From NCBI RefSeq assembly GCF_032191835.1, contig NC_083227.1:41354001-41418000 (forward strand): 64,000 nt of DNA, in the 5' to 3' direction. The notes under the pieces were generated by a model. The model was given only the letters and a program-made list of their open reading frames with translations. It was not told the DNA's origin and made no database searches. Below are positions 57,901 through 64,000 of the stretch, one piece after another; the first letter of the stretch is position 1; every line of letters begins with the position of its first letter. The DNA comes from Heteronotia binoei. Its lineage: Eukaryota. The position numbers were made by a program, and so were the translations under genes.

Positions 57901-59382
57901 CGAGCTAGAAGTGGATCTATGTGTATCCATATGGAGTGTTAGGAAGGAGCCGTGGTTCCCAGTTTCCTTAGCTACGTGTACCATCTGCTGCAGGGGTTGG
58001 CTCTTTAGAACGATAAATGTACCTGGCTTATTTATGCTCTCTCTGTGTAAAAACATGATTAACTATTAAGGCAATTGTCATTTTTACCCACCCCTGCTGC
58101 CCCAGGATGGCAGGTGCTGGTGTTTTTGTTTTTTTCTTCACAAAGGCCATGGGAAGTAGGTGAGGACTTAGCTGTGGTGATGGTCCCAAAGGCCACCTGC
58201 ATGAATAATATTCAGCCTAAATGAATTGCAGACTGTTTGATGCAATTCAATGCTGCCACCATTGACATTCAAATGCCAACCCCCCATAGGCTAACATGGC
58301 ATTACTGTGTAAAGCCAGTTTTTAGCACTGTGTGGGCAAATTACCTAAAAGCTCATTCATACTTTTGCAAAAAGCATTTAGTTCAACCTTCCTGGGTTTC
58401 TAATAATTCAGAATGCTAGCAGAAGACCAGGTGTTTGAATTGTTCTCATACAGCAAATGTGTTGGCTAGGATCCAAAATGAAACCTTTTGCTAACGAAAG
58501 AAGCTGCATATTTACAACAGAAATAATATTTATTTTTTTGAACAGGGGGGCTCTGTCATGTCATAAACTGCCTTGAAACTCATCTGTTTCAAAAGTGGTT
58601 TGTCATGCTGGATGATGACTTGCTGTCTGAGAAACCAGTCTGTGTGGGTGCAGCTGGTTTGTGTTTAGGCACCTAAAAAGCCAGCAGAGCAGGATGAATG
58701 GTTCTAGCCTACCAGTTTTCCCCCCTGGCATGCTGGCTTTCTTCATGCGAGATAGAAAAGCTCTATTGTGCTTTTTCTAAGCACAGAGATCAAGCTGCGA
58801 AAGCTAATAATAAAAACAGTTTATAAGTGTTTTTAAAGACATGTCTTTAAGTGTATTTACTAAACATCAGTTGACATAAATTAGTTTCCCTTTAACACCT
58901 TTTAAACTCTGTTGTATACACAATCACGTCTCAGGATAGTTATACAGTAACTCTTTTTCTATCCTCTCTTTACAAGCTTATGGGTGAACTATTTGCATTA
59001 TAGTTTTGGATAGAAAATCTGTGGTGTCAGCAAATATATAAAATCATGAACCTACCATATACTGAATTAGACCATTGGTCTCTATTATATTCAGGGTCTC
59101 AGGGTGAGTTTTTTTCGCATCACTTACTACTGAATCCTTTTAATTACAGGGATTGAACCTGAAACCTTCTGCATGCAAAGCAGATGCTCTACCACTGAGC
59201 AACCCATCTTGGATACAGTCCCATTCACTTGCTCTCAAGAACATTAACATAATCTCACTGCTATGTGCCCATACACCTGAATTATAATCCAATCTCAAAC
59301 AAATGTTGTACCATTTGACGTAATAATTCCCGTTCAAGATACTGGGAAAATAATGTCCTGTGTCTGAATTCTATTCTTTTAG

Positions 59383-60560
59383 ATGTGGATGAAATGTTGA
59401 CCCCAGGCAAAGAAGTTAAACAGCAAGACCTCATGGAGGAAGGCAAGGCCAGGTATTCCCCCCGCTTGAAGGGCCTTTTGGAACTAAGCAAAACTGGAGT
59501 GTCAGGAGAACATATACTCAAGAGAAAAAACACATGCACTGATTGTGGGAAGACATTTTGTCGCCGTTCTGACCTTGTTCGGCACCAGAAGCTCCACTCG
59601 GGAGACAGACCTTTTGCCTGTACCAAGTGTGAGAAAAGTTTTGTTCAGAGCACCCACCTCATTGCACATCAAAAAAGCCATACAAAAGAGAAGCCCTACA
59701 TCTGCCCTCACTGTGGGAGAAGCTTCAACCAAATATTAAATTTCACTAGGCACCAGAGGACCCACTCAACGGAGCCACCGTTCAAATGCAGTGACTGTGG
59801 GAAGACTTTCAGCCGCAGCTCCAATCTTATAATGCACCAAAGGGCACACACAGGAGAACGGCCTTACAAATGCTTGGACTGCGGAAATAGTTTCAGCAGG
59901 AGTTCAACTCTTATAACACACCAGCGGACCCACACAGGTGAGAAGCCCTATAAATGTCAGGATTGCTGGAAAAGCTTTAGCAGGCGTTCTACTCTTATTA
60001 TGCATCAGAGAATTCACACAGGGGAGAAGCCTTATCAGTGCCCTGACTGTCCTGAAAGCTTCAGTGTGAAATCAGGTCTTCTAAGTCATCAGAGAATCCA
60101 CATGACTGAAAAACCCTATCAGTGCCTAGAGTGTGGCAAAAACTTCTGTCGGAGTGCAGATCTCATTATTCACCAGAGAATTCATACAGGGGAAAAACCA
60201 TATAAATGCAGTGAGTGTGGGAAAAAATTCAATACAAATTCACACTTGGTTACACATCTGAGGATCCACACAGGAGAAAAACCTTACAAGTGTCCTGAGT
60301 GTGGAAAAAGTTTTTCTTACAGCTCAGTACTTGTTGGACACCAGAGAGTCCACACGGGGGAGAAGCCTTATGTCTGTGCTGAGTGTGGGAAAACCTTCCG
60401 TAACAATTCACATCTTATTACACACCAGAGAGTCCACACGGGGGAGAAGCCTTATGAGTGCCATGAATGCGGAAGAAGTTTCAGCGTGAGTTCAAACCTT
60501 ATTAAGCATCGAAAACTCCATGAACGAGAACGAGATGCGTCACTTTCAAGTTCTGAATGA
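59383..60560 (+). CDS. C2H2 zinc-finger protein (ZNF gene 3), terminal exon, 12 fingers
   Basis: Acceptor ctattcttttag|AT, twelve tandem fingers with TGEKPY linkers, TGA at 60558 and AATAAA at 60761. Confidence 0.95.
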
Positions 60561-62989
60561 AAACAGCAGCCACTGATGTTCGTCCTTAACAAATTTCTTG
60601 TGGCTCATTATCTGGAAATAGGATCCATATTCTAGGAAGGCTTAGTTGAATATCAGATTTATTCGCAAGAAAGAATGGCTGAAACAGATGTAAACTCAAA
60701 ACAACAAACTATGTATGCAAAGTCTAATAGAGAAGGATCTAGTTTTGGGAAATCCTGATGAATAAATGGGCTTGGCAGAGTAGGGGAGTGATCTGTAGTA
60801 CTCTGTTTACCTGAAAGGAAGAAAGGGTCCTTCTTTCTACATGTGTCATCAGGAGATGGGAGAAAGTTTTAAATTCGTGTACAAGTCAAGACTTTTTGAA
60901 TTACTGTATATAATTTTATGACCTTTTTGAGGGGATAGTCATTTTCAGAATTGCCTGTCAGATAAGTATAGTAAATTCAAATTATCTACAAAGGAAAAAA
61001 ACACACTATCTCAGAACAAGTTATGCAAATTAAGTATATTTTGTTCTGTTTAAAACTATTATTGTGACAAGGAGCAAAATAAGAGAGTAGAAAGGAGGGG
61101 AGCAGGGGAAGGCACGGGGTGCCAGAGTGCAACACAGATTGGTGATAAGGTCATCGCACACTGATAAATCTCTAGTACTAAAGCTGGTTAACAGTTGAGC
61201 AAAACCAAATGGGAGCAGAACAGCTTTAAGAGTCTCAAACAATTCCTTTCCAGGCTGTGCTGCCTCTCCTACAGCAGGTTTCACTGGATTGCTTGAAGTT
61301 CCTTCCCCAGGCTTCAGCCCCCAAATCCCCCGATATTTCCCAACCTAGGATTGGAATCCCTGGATTATTTGCCAGTGAAGAGGAAGGCCTTTTGACAAAA
61401 AAGCACATAAGGCCCTGCACAAGGAGGAAGGGTGTTTACTCCCTGAAACTGAGAGTGAGGCTGCTTTTGAAGGGAGCTGATCCCTTACCCCAAGGTTGTG
61501 GTTGGGCTGCCAATCTCCAGGTGAAGCCTGAAGTTCTCCCAGAATCACAACTGATCTCTAGACTACAGAGATCAGTTAATCTCGAGGCAATTTTAGAGAG
61601 CACACTATGGCATCCAACTTCTACATATTCCAGGAATTTCCCAGGCTGGAATTGGCAACACTAGCTATGGTGAGTCTCTTCTGGTCTCCATCAGGTATTG
61701 AAGCAGGGACTGGAATCCAGCTGGATAGTAACACTTGTGAACTTCTTTTCCAGTCAGTTGATTTTTCTCTCTCTCCCCCATGGTACACCCTGTGTTAATG
61801 TGCCTTATGTTGTAACTGTTCTTTTACTTCATCCATTGTCACACTATTTAATAAATTTGTCTTTTTTGTTCTCTCTGCCTGGATCCTTTACATCTCATAT
61901 TTGGCTGTTCAAGAAGACAGTGTAATAGCTGATGTACATTTTTATGTTTATATGCCATTGCCCCTTTAAGACTGAACCATGTGGCGGGGGGAGGGGGAGG
62001 AGAGATGGCACTTAGAGATGGCAATTAGCAGACTTCAGTACAAGAGTGATTTGATTTCAAAAGTGTTTTAGCTCATGTTTGGCGCTGTAAGCCAAAAGGT
62101 TTGTTCACCTAGGGTGCTCCACTTCAATAAAAACACATCAGGAGAGATTCCTTCCGAACACAGCAAAACTTTTATTTGAATAAAAGCAGACCCCAGCAGA
62201 AGAATTGCCAAGGGGGTCCACTGAAAACATTATGGTGTTAGCTTTTATAGTATGCAATAAACAACTTTGCAAGCATGCACATTAGCTCTGACCTGCAAGC
62301 CCAGTCTGGTCAGATCTTGGAAGCTAAGCAGGGCTGACTGGCAGATACTTGGATGGGACAATACCTGGGCCAGGAGGCAAGCAGTATCAAACCACTTCTG
62401 TGAACATCCTCCATGCCCGTTGCCAGAAGTTGCCATGACTTCCAGGCATACACACAAACAAACAAACGTACACAAAAATAAACATGCACCTTATAGCTTC
62501 AAATAACAAGCACATATTTCTTCCATTCTTATTTTGGGCCCCTCAAAAGTTACCTTTGTTCTCTTATCTTTTCTTGTGCTTAGCGAGCAAGTGGCACTGT
62601 GGTGAGAGAACACATCTACCAGAGAACAATAGCTTCAGTTTTCAGCATATTTTCATACATGGGGTCATTCTATTCTCATGTTACATCATCTAGTTACAAG
62701 TCAGCAAGCCAGAATATAACCTTTTTATTTATTGAAACACAGAGACCATTAGTTCCTCTGTGTTCAGTATTCCCCCCCCCCACCCCGGAAAATTAAATGT
62801 CTCTTGCTGTATTAAAAATAACAAAGTTGGGTGCAGAGTAGACCCAACTTAATGTTAACTGCCTGCAGTGCTCTGCAGAGTCTATCAAAATGGTGTTACT
62901 ATTGCTCATCAGTGTCCTCTTAAATAAAAGTTAACATTTTCTACGCAGCCTACTTTCCCCCCTGATGGGAATGTAACATTTTGAAGAGC

Positions 62990-63408
62990 CAGCAAGGAGC
63001 AGTAATATCGACATGTACCTCATAACTGCCTGAAAGTTGGTTTCAGAAAAGACTAAGGAACGAATTCACAGTGCAAAAAGTCAGCGTCTAGGAGAGCCAA
63101 CGTGAAGACAGTGAAATGCAAAATTATTCCCCTCTGTATAAACTGTCCAATAAGTAGTCATGTCCTTAGATTTTTTTAGCAGCTAAACAGCTGATCACAA
63201 CATCCTGGAGGGCCAAGCTCATCATAAATCCAAATCCAGTCATGAAGAGGACTACACCTACAGAGCTGGGGATGAAGTATAACAGCTGTTCCACAGAGAC
63301 AAAAACAGCTGCTAGTAGCCTTATGTCACTTGACATGGGTGAAAGTTCAAGACAGATCTCCAGCACCACCTCTGTTCCCCAGAGAAAAAGTGCATCCAAT
63401 GGAGGCAG
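62990..63408 (-). pseudogene. PCNX4: Pecanex-4 (PCNX4)-like pseudogene fragment
   Basis: LPPLDALFLWGTEVVLE...SPMSSDIRLL...[22 protein letters not shown] matches recalled human PCNX4 LPPPDALLLWAMEQVLE...SSMSTHLRLL...[22 protein letters not shown]. Further matches (TLALL, NFQAVM) lie in shifted frames after a stop. Confidence 0.8.
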
Positions 63409-63745
63409 AAAACAGGTTGCTTACCTGTAACTGATGATCTTCGAGTGGTCACCTGTGCAATCACACACTTGGGTTGACCATAGCTTTTGCAGATTTATCC
63501 TTCTTTACCGCCGCCCTGAATGGACCTCGTTGCGCTTTATCCACTTTTTTACCTCAGCGTTTCCACCTCGTAACTACAAAAATCTCTTCAGAATTCTTTC
63601 CATTTAGTCTCTGTCAAAAAAAAACACCCTGCAAGGCAGGTGGGGCTGAGAGAGCTTTCACAGAAGCTGCTCTTTCAAGGATAAGTCTGCAAAAGCTATG
63701 GTCAACCCAAGTGTGGGACTGCACAGGGACCACGAAGAAGATCCC
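63409..63745. repeat. DIRS-like terminal sequence with an inverted duplication enclosing SINE-derived DNA
   Basis: GGTTGCTTACCTGTAACTGATGATCTTCGAGTGGTC resembles reptile DIRS termini (recalled). 63439-63502 and 63677-63737 are inverted copies. Confidence 0.45.
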
Positions 63746-64000
63746 CCAAGATCCATAAGGATTAATTTAATCTTCTCTGATATCACCATGAAATCCTTCA
63801 GCAATGCTTGGCAAGGGCAAAGCAACCCGAGCCAGAACAAACACAAGTCCAAACGTTATGCAGAGGGCAGCTTCCTTGCCAAAAGCAGAGTCTCACACTG
63901 TTCCATTTTCTTCAGGTCGCCTGCCGTACCTCACCTGCTTTTTCCTCAGGTAACACCAACTGCCATTTTATTGATCGAATTCTTTGTTAGATAACACAAA

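Noticed and set aside
59500-60530. 84-bp periodic repeats resembling a repeat-spacer (CRISPR-like) array
   Set aside because: This is the 28-codon periodicity of tandem C2H2 fingers in an open reading frame, in a vertebrate context with no cas genes.
62295-62370. 5S rRNA-like sequence
   Set aside because: Partial, diverged and fused to a LINE-like tail, so it is a 5S-derived SINE rather than an rRNA gene.

Overview
Eukaryotic (vertebrate) DNA, almost certainly from a squamate reptile and most likely a gecko. This is inferred from Sauria/Squam-type SINEs, 5S-derived SINEs, Bov-B and L2 content. The window is part of a C2H2 zinc-finger gene cluster. It holds three ZNF genes: an 8-finger gene (- strand), a split 3+3-finger gene with a lone KRAB-B-like exon (- strand), and a 12-finger gene (+ strand). 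It also holds a decayed ZNF exon, several CpG-rich promoter-like islands and a PCNX4 pseudogene fragment at the right end. Transposable elements are dense. The main structure is a nested Ty3/Gypsy stack: an apparently intact, very young 4.6-kb element (one 1342-aa Gag-Pol ORF, LTRs 258/259 identical, PBS, PPT, 5-bp TSD) sits inside the integrase of an older relative, and that older element also carries an L2 insertion in gag. A third related Gypsy lies about 20 kb away. All three have FFDD instead of YxDD at the RT active site. Many short Penelope-like remnants carry hammerhead-ribozyme-type cores (CUGAnGA-A-helix-GAAAGCUH), some in fold-back palindromes and three in tandem. No prokaryotic features, CRISPR arrays, or true tRNA/rRNA genes were found. 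All identities were counted by eye and family names come from recalled consensus motifs; no database search was run.
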